Part shown: piece by piece, positions 1 to 10,801 of the stretch
Position numbering within the stretch: position 1 is the first letter of the stretch
Layout: every line of letters begins with the position of its first letter
From: Lagopus muta
Taxonomy: Eukaryota
Length of the DNA stretch: 64,000 nucleotides
Reading direction: 5' to 3'
NCBI RefSeq assembly: GCF_023343835.1
Contig: NC_064433.1
Location: 177,435,076-177,499,075 of the forward strand
Notes under the pieces: model-generated
What the model was told of the DNA's origin: nothing
Databases searched by the model: none
What the model saw: the letters and a program-made list of their open reading frames with translations, nothing else
Made by a program: the position numbers and the translations under genes

Positions 1-290
1 CAATGAAAGCTGTGTTGCAAGCACAAAAAAGGCTTTTACTTGAAAGAAGCCACTTGTTTGTTCCACATTAGGCTAAAGCGATCAGAGATGGCAAACACTG
101 CATAACTGTAACAGCAGAAATATACCAGGAACACGCTGATAGGCTCAAAAATTAGCAAGAGTTTCAAAAGAAAATACTGGTTCAGCCTTCTGGTAAGTAA
201 GAACTGGAGCATTAAAAGATGCAAGCAGGAATGGAGTTAGTATTAAATGCAAGCGCTCATCGTTCTCCTAGGTTTGGTTCTGCAGCTCAC

Positions 291-536
291 CAGAGTTCTC
301 CATCTGACACACATCCACTGCTTCTCGACCACCTCCTGCAGCAACGTAATTCCATGTTTCTGCTTCATCTTTTATCCTCCTCTCCTTGTGCACTTTGCTG
401 TCTTTCAATTTTAATTCTTCTATGAATTTGCATTCTAGTGAGGGTTCTTCTCTTTTGCAGTTATTCTCAGAGCATTCCTTTTTTTCTTCTGAAGCTACAT
501 TACACGTGTCAAGTGCACTTTTGATGTCCTTATAGC
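291..536 (-). CDS. MPHOSPH8: MPHOSPH8 exon 5.
   Basis: (S)YKDIKSALDTCNVASEEKKECSENNCKREEPSLECKFIEELKLKDSKVHKERRIKDEAETWNYVAAGGGREAVDVCQMENS(G). Acceptor ttctag|GC, donor G|GTGAGC. It aligns to human TLKEIRNAFDLFKLTPEEKNDVSENNRKREEIPLDFKTIDDHKTKENKQSLKERRNTRDETDTWAYIAAEGDQEVLDSVCQADENSDG. The phase is consistent with exon 4. Confidence 0.6.
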
Positions 537-1553
537 CTAGAACATTAAGACAGTTACCAAGAATGACTTCTTGAGCTACTAAAGGCTTTTACATAACAAA
601 GTTTAAATAAGTGACCAGAGTCCATTTAGTAAAGATCTATTCTCTCTTCCTAAGTTAATCACTGCTGAAGCACAGGAGCAAGCTTAACAAAAAGCCAAAA
701 TCAGGGACAGCTAGTTCACCTTCAGTGACCCTGGTAAGTCTGGGCTCTGACTGCTTTCTACTTAGTATTACCTTCTTAAGAAATTTAATTTAGAATTATG
801 CATTACCTCTTTGAAAAAATGTTTCAGTACCGGTGACAACCAAAGAACACGTGCTCTATACAGAGCAGGAATTAATCGTCTGCTGGCTACTCTTCTTGAG
901 CTGTTAGCATCTACCGTCCTTTAAGTGAAAGCTGTTTCTCTGCCAATAGCTTTTGAAGCACCACAGCTCTTCCTATGCCCATTCAGAATGCCAAAAGGAG
1001 AAAATTCACTCAGAATTTTCCTGAGATCAAGAGTGCTAACATTAATACCCCATCACACAACTAAGAACAGAAGTCCAATCCAGACCTTTCATGTTTCAAG
1101 TCACCTTGTGTTTTTTTAAGGTTTGTACAGTAACCCATTACAGTGGCTAAAGCAAGAGGCATAGTTTGCCTGAAGTGAACCTCTACCAGCTAACTCCAGA
1201 AATACAAAGTGTGTATTTATAATGATATCAAAATGCTTCTGGAAATAGACAATAGTTGGATGAATTCACCCCCAAAAGACCGTTGTCACCGGTGTGATAA
1301 AGCGACGTAGTTAACAATACTAAATGAAAAAGGGCAAAATTTTGACTTGTCTATAAAAACATTACAGGCATTACAAACTTTCATGCCTCAGGCAGCCTTC
1401 TCACAAAGCCATAAAAAAGCTGGCTTTCATTTCTTAAAAGAAACTGCTTTTCTAGCACGTATTAGAAATGCTGCTCTGTATCTGCCCTTATAGGAGTAAG
1501 AGGAGAATGCCTTGAAAGGTGCTCCCTTTCTCTTTTCAGCAATTAACACTTAC

Positions 1554-1650
1554 TTTTTAGGACCTTCTGTTCTTTTCTGCTCTTTTCTTCTTTTTCAGAC
1601 TCTTTTTTTACTGCTTTTTCTTTCATTTCAGTTTTCTTTATTTCTTTCTC
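1554..1650 (-). CDS. MPHOSPH8: MPHOSPH8 exon 4.
   Basis: EKEIKKTEMKEKAVKKESEKEEKSRKEQKVLK plus one base. It has a good polypyrimidine tract with acceptor ...cttaataacag|GAG and donor A|GTAAGT. It aligns to human ...DKETKRNESKEKYQKRHDSDKEEKGRKEPKGLK. The phase is consistent with exon 3. Confidence 0.6.
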
Positions 1651-3539
1651 CTGTTATTAAGAAAAAGGATCAAATGAGAGCGGTATGGAGAAAGTGGAAA
1701 ATAACACTACTGAAATCTTACAGACAACAGACTCACAGATGCAATCCTAAGAAAAGAATTAAATGGGTGAGACAGGAGCTGCTCTGGGAAAGCTGCTTCA
1801 CTACGAGGAAAAGATCTTCCAAATTAGGCAACTTCAGTTTGAGTTCTGTAGCATGCCAGCCACGTGAGGCACTCACACATATCAAAACCAGCCTACATTT
1901 ACAATTAGGCTGCGTTACCATTTCCTAAAATGACACATAGCAAAGACAAAACACACCAGGAAACCACTGTATTTAATATTCCGAGTCTGAAATGTTAGCT
2001 GGTGTGTCATTCACAGCCAAAGCAAGCAGAAACCAGAACCCTCCCTTAGAAGTGTTCTCTCTACTAAAACTGAGATACGACAGCTGAAATCCCAAGGTAC
2101 CGAATAAGGAGACTACAACTCAAAGAGGCACAAATAAACACTCAAGTCCTTAAGTGATCACAGAATCACTAATGCCACCATTTCTTAGAAAGGTAAAAAA
2201 CTAAATGAATTCAGTACATCATGAAGCCTTCCTTCTCTCCCCTCAAAACTCTGCCTTTGGGTGATAGACATCATTCCAGGCAGGTGCCCATAGTAGGAGC
2301 AAACAAGTGACAAGATTACCAGACACTGCTAAGCACAAGGGCTGTTCAAAAACGTGAGTTCTGTTCCAGATTTCCTGATGTTGATGAGATGCACAGTGTA
2401 CCTACACGTTTATTTTTAGAAGGTAAATCACAGGGAAGAAAGGCTTCATCATACAAAATGACTCCAAACAGAGAATACTGTACCACAGATTGACATGACA
2501 GTGTTCTGTAATCAGAGAAGAGTCAGGCAGCTGAAACAAAGGCCGTGCTTTACTTTCAAAAGAACGATATGCTGGGCCCACAACTTCATGACACACAGCA
2601 AACCCCAAAGCTGTGCCCTGAGCCCACACACGCAGAGTCCCACAGATGCTGTGGGCAGACGCAGGCACCACCACTTCAGCATGCAGGAGATGGATGGCAA
2701 AAAGCAGAATGCCTTCCAAGCTACACCTAGTGAGGGTACTGGCTGAAGAGCAGTAAGAAAATCAACCTTCCCCCTGCTGCTGATCTCTTCATATTTGTGG
2801 TGACGGGGTTTGTACACTGTTGGTAATGAACAGAATTCCGAGGATGTATGTGATTATCTGATGCTGCTCTCTTATGAATGCTATGGCCTCAAACTATGAG
2901 AAAATACTTGGAGTAATGAAGAGCCATGCCATTTCAGTTAGTTACAACTGCAAAGAAAATGAGCTAAATAGCTGTGTGAAACCAGCTATGCCCCACAGCT
3001 ATTGCTTAACCTTGTTTAGAAGAGCTTTCACCACTAAGCTCCCACAAAGAGTACTTTGTGTAGCTCAGCTCTGAGCTTACTCCATGCAGTATTGCTATTC
3101 TCTGTCCAAAACAAATCAACGTGCTTATGTTAAGGTGCCTACCCCATACAGACAACAGTCTCAGAGGACTGCAGCTGAACCTACAAAAAAAGACACTTGT
3201 CACCACAGAATTATGGCCTCAGAAGCAGTGGGACATAATCCAATAAGCACCAGGGTACCGTGGCTGCAGCCCAGTTACAAATCAGGAAGGAGTTTCTCCG
3301 GGCAGCCAATGATTCTTCTTTACAAACTACAAACTGTATCAGAATAGTCTAAAGAAGCTGAAAAATATATTCTCCAAAAGCAGATTTTCCTCATAAACAT
3401 TCTAGAAATACTCCTTTATTCTTCACATACACATTTACATTAAAAAAAAATATTTTATCTTCTTGTTTTCCTTAAAATATTATTGCATTAAATAGCAGAA
3501 ATTAAATAGTATATGAGTATTTGATCAGCTCATCTGTTA

Positions 3540-3762
3540 GAAGGGACACAGCGTTTGTAATTAATGTGTCACCAAGTTGGGCAACTCAGAATCTCCTGAA
3601 AGCAGCACAGGAATTCCAACAAGACAAGACAAGCTGGGCAATTATCTGGGAGATCACAGAAAGGCCTGGGTTGGAAGGACCTCAAGGATCATCAAGCTCC
3701 AGCTCTCTGCCGCAGGCAGGGCCACCAATTTGGGCTTAGGAGCAATTTCAGCATTCCAGTTC
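3540..3762 (-). mobile_element. CR1 LINE 3' fragment.
   Basis: Its reverse complement matches the CR1 3' end (ggtggccctgcctgcggcag...gatgatccttgaggtccttccaacccaggcc). Confidence 0.55.
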
Positions 3763-4261
3763 TTCTGAAGCCACTAACACACCCAGTCTAACCAAGAGGC
3801 TGGCTTCTGAGAGAAATCAAGTGCAGAAGTATACTCCACTGTGCAGTTGGATAGCTTCTAGAAGACTGAATGCCTTACTATGCAAGCAGACAAAAGCCAA
3901 ACTGAGGCAGCTGTCAAAGGTGGGAGAAACAAGAGGCTAAAAAGGACAACATGCATCTGTGGAACAGAAGTTTTCATTTTAAGTACATACACATAGCAAA
4001 GGAGAGATTCACATTTTCATACCTAAAAGACACTCCTCTGTCCCAAAGCACTCCCCTCTTTCTAGTGTTCGAAATCCAGTTTTTCCATCCTGCCTGTAGA
4101 CCCTGCAGTGCACCTTTCATTTGCTTTATCCATCCATTAACCTTCAGACTCTTATGTTTCCATTTGCCATCATAAACAGCAGCCTTTTCAGGCTCCTCTG
4201 CCTGAGCTGTGTTTGATCTGAACCCCCTCCCAGCGCTCCCCAATGCCCTCATACTGCTCAC

Positions 4262-5116
4262 CTCCTCTCCTGCCTCCATGGATTTGCGCCCTGTCTCCTC
4301 AGCGCTCACCTTTACAGCCTTCTGTGCCGACACGGGCACAGCTGACACTTTCTCCAACTCTGCAGCCACCACTTTCACTTTTTCTTGACTTTTCTGCTTT
4401 TTGAGCACGCTTTTCTTCTCCAAACCCGTATCTTTGATTTCCACTTTTCTACCCTCCTCTTTGTAATCTTCCATTTGCTGATTTTTCTTCTTCTTTCTTT
4501 TAGCCTTAACCTCCACACTATCATCTTCATTACTTGCTGATCCATCAAGCTGTCTGTCAGCAATGCAATCTTTTTCAGCAATTTCTTCTTCCAACCTCTC
4601 TTTTTCACACTTTACTTGTTGTTCCTCCTCTTTATTTTCAGAGCATAAGTGTGGATTTTCATTATCAACCTCCTGAAAAAGTGCATCGTCTGAAGTACTC
4701 GGCTCTGTGTCAAACTGAGCATCTCCTTGCTTCTCCTTCCGTGATTTTTTACTTTCTTTAGAATCTTCTTTAGTTTTTATTTTTACATCTTTAACTTCCC
4801 CCTTCTTTTTCTTTACTTCTTTAGTATCTTCTTTCCTTTGCTTCTTTGGATCCTTTGAATCTTCCTTTGTTTCTGAAGTCCTTTTTTTGGGTTTTGAATC
4901 CAACCCCAAAGTATCTGAGGAACGTTCACATTCTATCCTGGGTTTCTCTTTGACTTTTGCAGACTTTGACTTTTTCTTCTTCAGGTCATCCGCACTTCTA
5001 TCTTCTCCTTCTCTTGACTTTTTCTTTTTCTTCTTTGGTGAAACATCCTCTTTTGTTTTGCTTTGCCCATCACTATCAGATTCTGCTTCAAACACATCAT
5101 CATCTAGAGAAAATTT
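4262..5116 (-). CDS. MPHOSPH8: MPHOSPH8 exon 3: long Lys/Ser/Glu-rich low-complexity exon of 285 codons.
   Basis: KFSLDDDVFEAESDSDGQSKTKEDVSPKKKKKKSREGEDRSADDLKKKK...AELEKVSAVPVSAQKAVKVSAEETGRKSMEAGEE. Acceptor ttttag|AAATTT, donor GAGGAG|GTGAGC. Collinear with human MPP8 (RLSLNNDIFEANSDSDQQSETKEDTSPKKKKKK...SAAELEKLMPVSAQ). Confidence 0.8.
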
Positions 5117-5989
5117 CTAAAATGCAGGGGGGAAAAAAAAAGAAAATATTTACTTCCCCATTAAACTGTATTGCCTGAATGCCTGAATGCAAGCTGTACA
5201 AAAATGGCAGTGCTTGTGTGTGGGAAAAGAGAACTGTTTCTAAACATCCCTTGCAGCCAAAACACAAAGTTTGTAAGCACAATTCTAACTCACTTTCTTA
5301 CATTACATCACATTACTGGCTACCTGAAAGAGAATCAACATCTAAAGCAGCAAAGCAAACCAACTGGATGCCCAGCAGCTCGATTCCGGAGCCAAACTAA
5401 ATTTCAACTCTTTTACACCAAAACCAGTCGCCTTGATTTTGCAAAATTTACGTATGGATTTCTCACAAACAAGGCACCAGCTTTCAAAAATGGTTCTCAC
5501 ATAGGATTTCAAAAATGACTGAGCAGTTAAACAGAAACAAACAAGGGAAAATTGCCTTCCTTCAATAGAGTTGTCTCTATTTTTCTTATCTGATGAATTA
5601 CTGCTTTTTAACCATTAAGTTAATCTGCTTCAAGGAGGATGAAAAGAGCAGACCCAGCTTCAGTGCTAATAAGCTTGTGAGCAGGAAAAGGAGCTTGCTT
5701 TTGTTGTCAAAAAATAACTAAAATAACCATACATCTAATGAAGCCATATTTAATTTGCCATATTAAATGGATTCAGACTCTACGATTTTGAACTGTCAAT
5801 TTGAAAAAGCTCCTTAACCACACAACAGCAATAATAGCTGAGGTCTGCTGGAAGAAAAAGCTCTCAGATCAAAGATCATCCAAGTCATCACTTCCATATC
5901 CCAAACATCCTGCTCTCCCATGCCTGCCATTAGAAGAGCCCAGGCAGGCAGTTTGTCTTCTACCGAGGACGACAGCAGGAGAAACACAC

Positions 5990-6145
5990 CTGAAAGTCCT
6001 TTTTCAAAGGCTTTGGCTTGGTGTCCACCAGCTTTCTTCTGAATTCAAGCAGCACCTCTTCGCAGTCTTCCAGATGAACCTCTGGTTCCCAGGTATCGTC
6101 ATCAGAGGTATAGCCCTTCCACCGGACTTTGTACAGAATTACACC
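5990..6145 (-). CDS. MPHOSPH8: MPHOSPH8 exon 2: second half of the chromodomain.
   Basis: GVILYKVRWKGYTSDDDTWEPEVHLEDCEEVLLEFRRKLVDTKPKPLKKDFQ (52 codons, phase 0). Acceptor cttttcttacag|GG, donor CAG|GTGTGT. Near-identical to the human MPP8 chromodomain. Confidence 0.85.
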
Positions 6146-7699
6146 CTGTAAGAAAAGAACCAAACACTGAACACGTTACAGCACAGCATTACTCCGTCCA
6201 CTCAATTCCTGTGCCTTCTCTTTGGTGAAGAGGAGGATTTCAAACCTTAACATTTGTAATACAGCAGCACTGCTCACTCAGCTCTAAATTGGAATTTATA
6301 ATCTGTTAGATTCACAATCAATGCCACTTTTGATAAACTGCAGTACCAACAGTGAGAAATGAGAGCCCTTCAATGAGATCAAGTCAAATGTAGACTTAGA
6401 CAAAACTTGACTACTTGCATCTCTGAGTTACAAACTTATTGGTAAAAGACTGTAATTGCAGCCCTAGATCAATTCTTTCAACAGTATCTGAACTGACATT
6501 GTGGTTTCATCCTAAGTGATTTCACCAGAATAGAAGTCTGTTAGCATTAAGGGGAGAAAAAAGGAAAAAAAAGGAGAAAAAAAAAAAAGGTGTGGGTAAT
6601 GAGGAAAGCTTTTCACTAAGCTCTCTCTTGATTTTCTCCTAAATAAATTGAACGGCCCAAATCTCTCGTTCCTCAGGGTGAACTCCTTCCTCTGCTGAGA
6701 TGCCAGGCTTTAGGCCTGCTGGGAGCACAGCCTGTCACAGCCAGGCATCAGCGCTCTGTGCTTCTGCAGCAGCCTTCACTGAATGGCAGAGATGCACCTT
6801 ATGGAGTCAGTGTGGTCACCTTCCTGCACTGACCATGCAGCCTCGTTCAACAGAGGTATGACAGCAACCAGCAGCAAAGTTCAGAAGATAAATCTGTTTT
6901 CCATTAAACATGTAATAGTAAACACAAGGTAGCAAAACCATCCCAGAACTTATTTTCTAAAAAGAAATTATCCTAAGCATTAACCAGAATGCCTCTGGAG
7001 AAGCATAAGAACAGTGCCTTTGGCTCACTAAAGAACAGAGTCAACGTTCCCCAAATCCAGAGGGAATGTCACCCTGCGCCTTGCAGCTTGTCCCTTCAGT
7101 GGGATTTTAATGCAGTACAGCAGCTTTTGAAACACTTGGAATTTCTGTTGCTATTTTCCTGGATCAGGACAAGCCCATGTTCACCTGCCAGCAGGCAGCT
7201 CCCCAGCACAGACTCATCCCCAGAGCGCTGTCTCTCCCACCCGCCCATCACTGCCAGGCACAGAGTATCAGCAGGGGAACTGACAGGAGCTTCTCTATGC
7301 AGCACCCTTCGGTTCCCACAGCTGCAGATGTAGCATGGGAGACCAGAGCCTGTCTTGACAGCTCTGTGCATCTGTTCCAGCTTTGAAAAGCACCTGAAAA
7401 GCATCAGCCTAAAGCTGACTGCATATACTACACCCCATCAAATGCAGCATACAGCTTTTTCCATTCCTCTCAGGCTTGAATGATTACCTGCCATGCCCTG
7501 CATGTCTGTAGCACAGGAGCACAGTGAGAGCCCCATTTGAGAGCCACAGAAAGGGTCTGGAACAACCACAGCCCCCAGGACCAACACACGTTGGGCAAAT
7601 AAATGTCCTGTGTGGCCACGTGCTCCAACCTCGTGCACAGAGCAGCTGCCGCTGGCCTGCACACAGCACAGATTGATCTAGGAGATGTTACTCAGTATA

Positions 7700-8330
7700 T
7701 ACACAGAATCACAGAATTGTTTGAGTTGGAGGGGACCCTCTAAAGGCCATCTAAACCAATCCCCCTGCAACAAACAGGGACACCTACAGCTCCATCAGGC
7801 TGCTCAGAGCCCTGTCCAGCCCAACCCTGAACATCTCCATGGATCCACCACCTCTCCGGGCAATCTGTGCCAGCGCCTCACCACCCTTACTGTAGAAAAC
7901 TTCTTCCTTTTATCTAATCTACATCGCCTCTCTTTTAGTTTGAAACCATTTCCCCATGTCCTATCACTACAGACCCTGCTAAAGTCTGTCCTGTTTTTCA
8001 CTGTAGCTTCCCTTTAGATACTGAAAGGCTCCTCTCAGGTCACCCTGGAGACTTCTCCAGGCTGAACAGCCCCAGCTCTCAGCCCGTCCTCATAGGGGAG
8101 GTGTTCCATCCCATGGATCATTTTTTGGCCCTCCTCTGGATGTGCCCCAACAGGTCCATGTCTCTCCTGTACTGAGGACTCCACTTCTGGACGCAGTACT
8201 GCAGGCGAGGCCTCATCAGCACAGAGCAGAAGGGCAGGATCAGCTCCCTGAGATATTCTAGTGCTCTTCAGAACCGTGTGCAGAGCATGATCCTCCTCCC
8301 CAAGGAGACTGACTTTCAGATCCCGACTGT
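7700..8330 (-). mobile_element. CR1 LINE 3' fragment in MPHOSPH8 intron 1.
   Basis: It starts with the reverse complement of the CR1 tail (cacagaatcacagaat...ggaggggaccc). The ORF2 C-terminal remnant reads ...[16 protein letters not shown]. Confidence 0.7.
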
Positions 8331-8684
8331 AGGAAAAGTGTTTGTGCTTTCAGGACAGATTAACTACTGTGGCTAACACCTCATACCTCCACAGCATAAT
8401 ACTCTCAAGCCACAGACATTTCAGCCAAGATACAACTAAACCACTCCAGCATCATAAATACATAAAGCAATTCTTCATTTGAAGACTCCTCAACATCAAT
8501 GCCTTGTATCTCTGATGCTCCACGGGGAGCAGGTGGACTTCCACACCCATGTGATTCTGACTGAAGCCTAGCACCAAAATATGAGCTACTTAAAATAAAC
8601 AAGTAGAAAATACAAAAATTGTTTTAAAAAAGCTGTGTTTGTTATTTTTTTGATTGTGAAATTTAGAGAATTTCTGAAAGACAC

Positions 8685-9130
8685 TGAGGCTCTGGAGCAC
8701 GTCCAGAGAAGGGCAACAGAGCTGTGAGGGGTCTGGAGCACAAGGCTTATGGGGAGCAGCTGAGGGAACTGGGATTGTTTAGCCTGGAGAAGAGGAGGCT
8801 CAGGGGAGACCTTACTGCTCTCTGCAACTGCCTGAAAGGAGGCTGTGATGAGATGGGGGGAATCTCAGCCAATCGGCCACTGGATAACAGCGACAGCACC
8901 AGAGGGAATGGCATTAAGCTGCACCAGGGGAGGTTCGGGTTGTATGTTAGGAACTTCTCAGGAGTAGCAGTGAGGCAGTGGCACAGGCGGCCCAGGGAGG
9001 TGCTGTGCAGTCACCATCCCTGGAGGTGCTCCAGAAACGTGTGGATGCAGCACTGAGGGATGCGGTCGGCGGGCACGGGCTGACGGTTGGACAGGGTGAT
9101 CTTAGAGATCTTTGCCAACCTCAGTGATTC
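8685..9130 (+). mobile_element. CR1 LINE 3' fragment in MPHOSPH8 intron 1, about 500 bp from the CpG island.
   Basis: ORF2 C-terminus [27 protein letters not shown]...[11 protein letters not shown]. It ends in a CR1-like tail. Confidence 0.75.
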
Positions 9131-9631
9131 GGTGAAGGACTCGTATGAAAACATGCAGGCTGCTCTCAGCGGAACGAGAGAAGGCAAGAGAATTCTGCCT
9201 AACACAGCCTGGAGGCAGCCTTATTTCAGCCGGAGAAGGTCCGCCTGCTCGGAGCGGCCCTCCCACAGCCGCGCTGCCCAGCCCGGCACCGCCGCAGCTC
9301 GGGCACAGCGCAGCGCACAGCTTCGCGCCGCCGACAAAAAGAAGTTTGCGAAGAGACGCGGGGTTCCACCGCTCTTTCGGCCGAGGCGGGAAGACGAGCC
9401 GCGGAGCCAGCAGGGCCGAGTAACGCCCGAGCTCTGCACGGCGGCGCCCGGCGATCCCGCACGCGGCACGGGGGCGTAGCCGAGGACGGAACCCGAACCC
9501 GCGCCGGGGCCGCCGCTTTCCGCGGCCCGGTGCCGCCCTCCCGCCGCCGGAGGGCCCAGCAGCCGTTCCCGGTGCCGCCGCGGCCCCCGGAGGGCGGCGA
9601 GCCGTGACGGGAGACGGCGCCGCGCGCTCAC

Positions 9632-9892
9632 CCCCTCGGTCTTCATGTCGAGGATCTTCTCCACTTCGAACACGTCCTCGTCCTCATTTTCGTCGTCCTC
9701 GTCGTCCTCCTCCTCCTCCTCCTCTTCCTCCTCGCTCTCACCGCCGGCGGCCGCCGCCCCGCCCGCAGCGCCGCCGCCATCCACCACCTCGTTTTCCCCG
9801 GCCGCCGCCGCCGCCGTCTCCGTCTCCTCCTCTTCCCCCGCCCCCTCCAGCCTGGCCGCCGCCGCCTCAGCCCCGCTCCTCGCCGCAGCCAT
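9632..9892 (-). CDS. MPHOSPH8: MPHOSPH8 coding exon 1: start codon at 9890-9892, acidic poly-E/D tract, first half of the chromodomain (DVFEVEKILDMKTEG). Donor GTGAGC lies immediately 3' of 9632.
   Basis: Minus-frame translation MAAARSGAEAAAARLEGAGEEEE...EEEEEEEEEDDEDDENEDEDVFEVEKILDMKTEG, then GTGAGC. It matches the human MPP8 N-terminus (...GEDVFEVEKILDMKTEGG). The exon lies in a CpG island. Confidence 0.8.
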
Positions 9893-10100
9893 TTTGGGCC
9901 GAGTTTCAAACGGCGATGGGGAAAAGCGGCTGCGACACCCACGGCAGCCAATGGGCGCCCGGCTGCCGTGACGTCACGGGAGGGGCGGGGCTACCCGTCC
10001 TCGGCGCGCTGCGGGCGGCTGCGCCTTTGGGCGGCGGGCTTCGACGGGCGGATGGGGTCTTCGTGTGGGAAAAAGTGGTGAACCTTTTGTTGCTGCGCTA
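9893..10100 (-). promoter_or_regulatory. MPHOSPH8: MPHOSPH8 core promoter and 5'UTR inside the CpG island (island about 9200-10100). It carries CCAAT (9948-9952), a palindromic CRE TGACGTCA (9969-9976) and an Sp1 GC box GGGGCGGGG (9982-9990).
   Basis: CpG density is very high. The canonical CCAAT/CRE/GC-box cluster lies within about 100 bp upstream of the ATG at 9892. There is no TATA box. Confidence 0.55.
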
Positions 10101-10384
10101 AGCGCTTCTGCCGGTGCCAGAGTGCTAGCAGAGCTGTCCTGGGAGCAGCTATCAAGGAACACCGTCACTCGTGCTGTCCAGCCCGCGTGAAAACTGGCGC
10201 CGTTGGCACGGTTGGAACAGAAGTGAGAACTGCCGTCAGAAAACCTGCTGACAAGGCGGCCGCAAAGGGATGTTGAGCAACTGGGAAACGGCCAGAGAAA
10301 AGCAGCGTTCTGCTCCTCCGGGGCGCGCTGCAGAAGTACAAAGGCATCCAACTGAGGGCACCGGTAGGCTGCATCGTGAAGGTG

Positions 10385-10390
10385 TTTATT
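10385..10390 (-). terminator. PARP4: PARP4 polyadenylation signal (AATAAA on the minus strand), about 265 nt after the stop codon.
   Basis: This is the only AATAAA or ATTAAA on the minus strand between the PARP4 stop (10651-10653) and the MPHOSPH8 CpG island. Confidence 0.5.
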
Positions 10391-10451
10391 AGGGCTTTGC
10401 TAAACGGTAGCCATCAAAACACGCTGCGTTACAGAGAAGGTAGGACTTTGG

Positions 10452-10515
10452 AAGAAATAAAACAGAGATACTGTAACAGTACTTGTCTGTACAGAGATAC
10501 TGTAACAGTATTTGT
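10452..10515. repeat. Tandem duplication of about 32-35 bp inside the PARP4 3'UTR.
   Basis: acagagatactgtaacagtacttgtctgt / acagagatactgtaacagtatttgtctgt, two copies with one mismatch. Confidence 0.8.
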
Positions 10516-10650
10516 CTGTGGCTATGAAAATCACTCAAGAATAACTCCAGGTGAAAATTACTCAAAATATGTAAAGCAGCAAGAAAAGCTAACGTTGCTG
10601 TTGTCTTAAACAATCACAATCATGGAATGATTTAAGTAGGAGAGCTGCTG

Positions 10651-10801
10651 TCAGTTGCACTCGATCCCCAGTATCTTCTTGGTGGCAGAATCCCAGTCTT
10701 TCCCAAGTTCAAGTCGATAGCAAATAGATGCAAATTGTCCCTCAACTCTTTTTACCCACTCTGTTGCTTTCTTGATGGACTCAAACGCCCAGTGAACACC
10801 G
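10651..10801 (-). CDS. PARP4: PARP4 last coding exon, including the TGA stop at 10651-10653.
   Basis: (x)GVHWAFESIKKATEWVKRVEGQFASICYRLELGKDWDSATKKILGIECN*. Acceptor ttctacacacag|C. It matches the PARP4 C-terminal MVP-interaction region as I remember it (…WAFEAIKQASEWVRRTEGQYPSICPRLELGNDWDSATKQLLGL). Confidence 0.6.

Noticed and set aside
41-105. Candidate further MPHOSPH8 exon (YAVFAISDRFSLMWNKQVASFK, faint similarity to human ...ILSLGMDLQLEWMKLEDFQK).
   Set aside because: The required reading frame is incompatible with the phase left by exon 291-536 (which ends with 1 nt). The alternative frame hits a stop, and the similarity is weak.
1512-1928. Plus-strand 138-aa ORF (FLLFQTLFLLLFLSF...).
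   Set aside because: It is the antisense, low-complexity shadow of MPHOSPH8 exon 4 (1554-1650, minus) and flanking intron.
4375-5282. ORFs antisense to or frame-shifted on MPHOSPH8 exon 3 (4375..4608 -, 4534..4761 +, 4887..5120 +, 4957..5178 +, 5100..5282 -).
   Set aside because: They are shadow ORFs produced by the purine/pyrimidine strand asymmetry of the Lys/Glu-rich exon. The homologous frame is unambiguous.
8724-9056. 110-aa plus ORF, plus similar ORFs at 18458..18874, 45863..46141, 46177..46371, 49500..50045 and 54553..55149.
   Set aside because: They are remnants of CR1 LINE ORF2 (reverse transcriptase and C-terminal domain: [34 protein letters not shown]...SRSREVI). They are truncated or frameshifted repeat copies, not host genes.
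9221-10351. Multiple long overlapping ORFs on both strands (for example 9604..10101 +, Pro-rich; 9643..9951 -, Arg-rich; 9645..9971 +, Ser-rich; 9974..10351 -).
   Set aside because: They lie in the MPHOSPH8 CpG island. High GC content removes stop codons, and their compositions (poly-P/R/S/A) are the mirror-frame shadows of the real (GAG)n-containing exon 1. Only the minus frame carrying DVFEVEKILDMKTEG with a GT donor is supported by homology.
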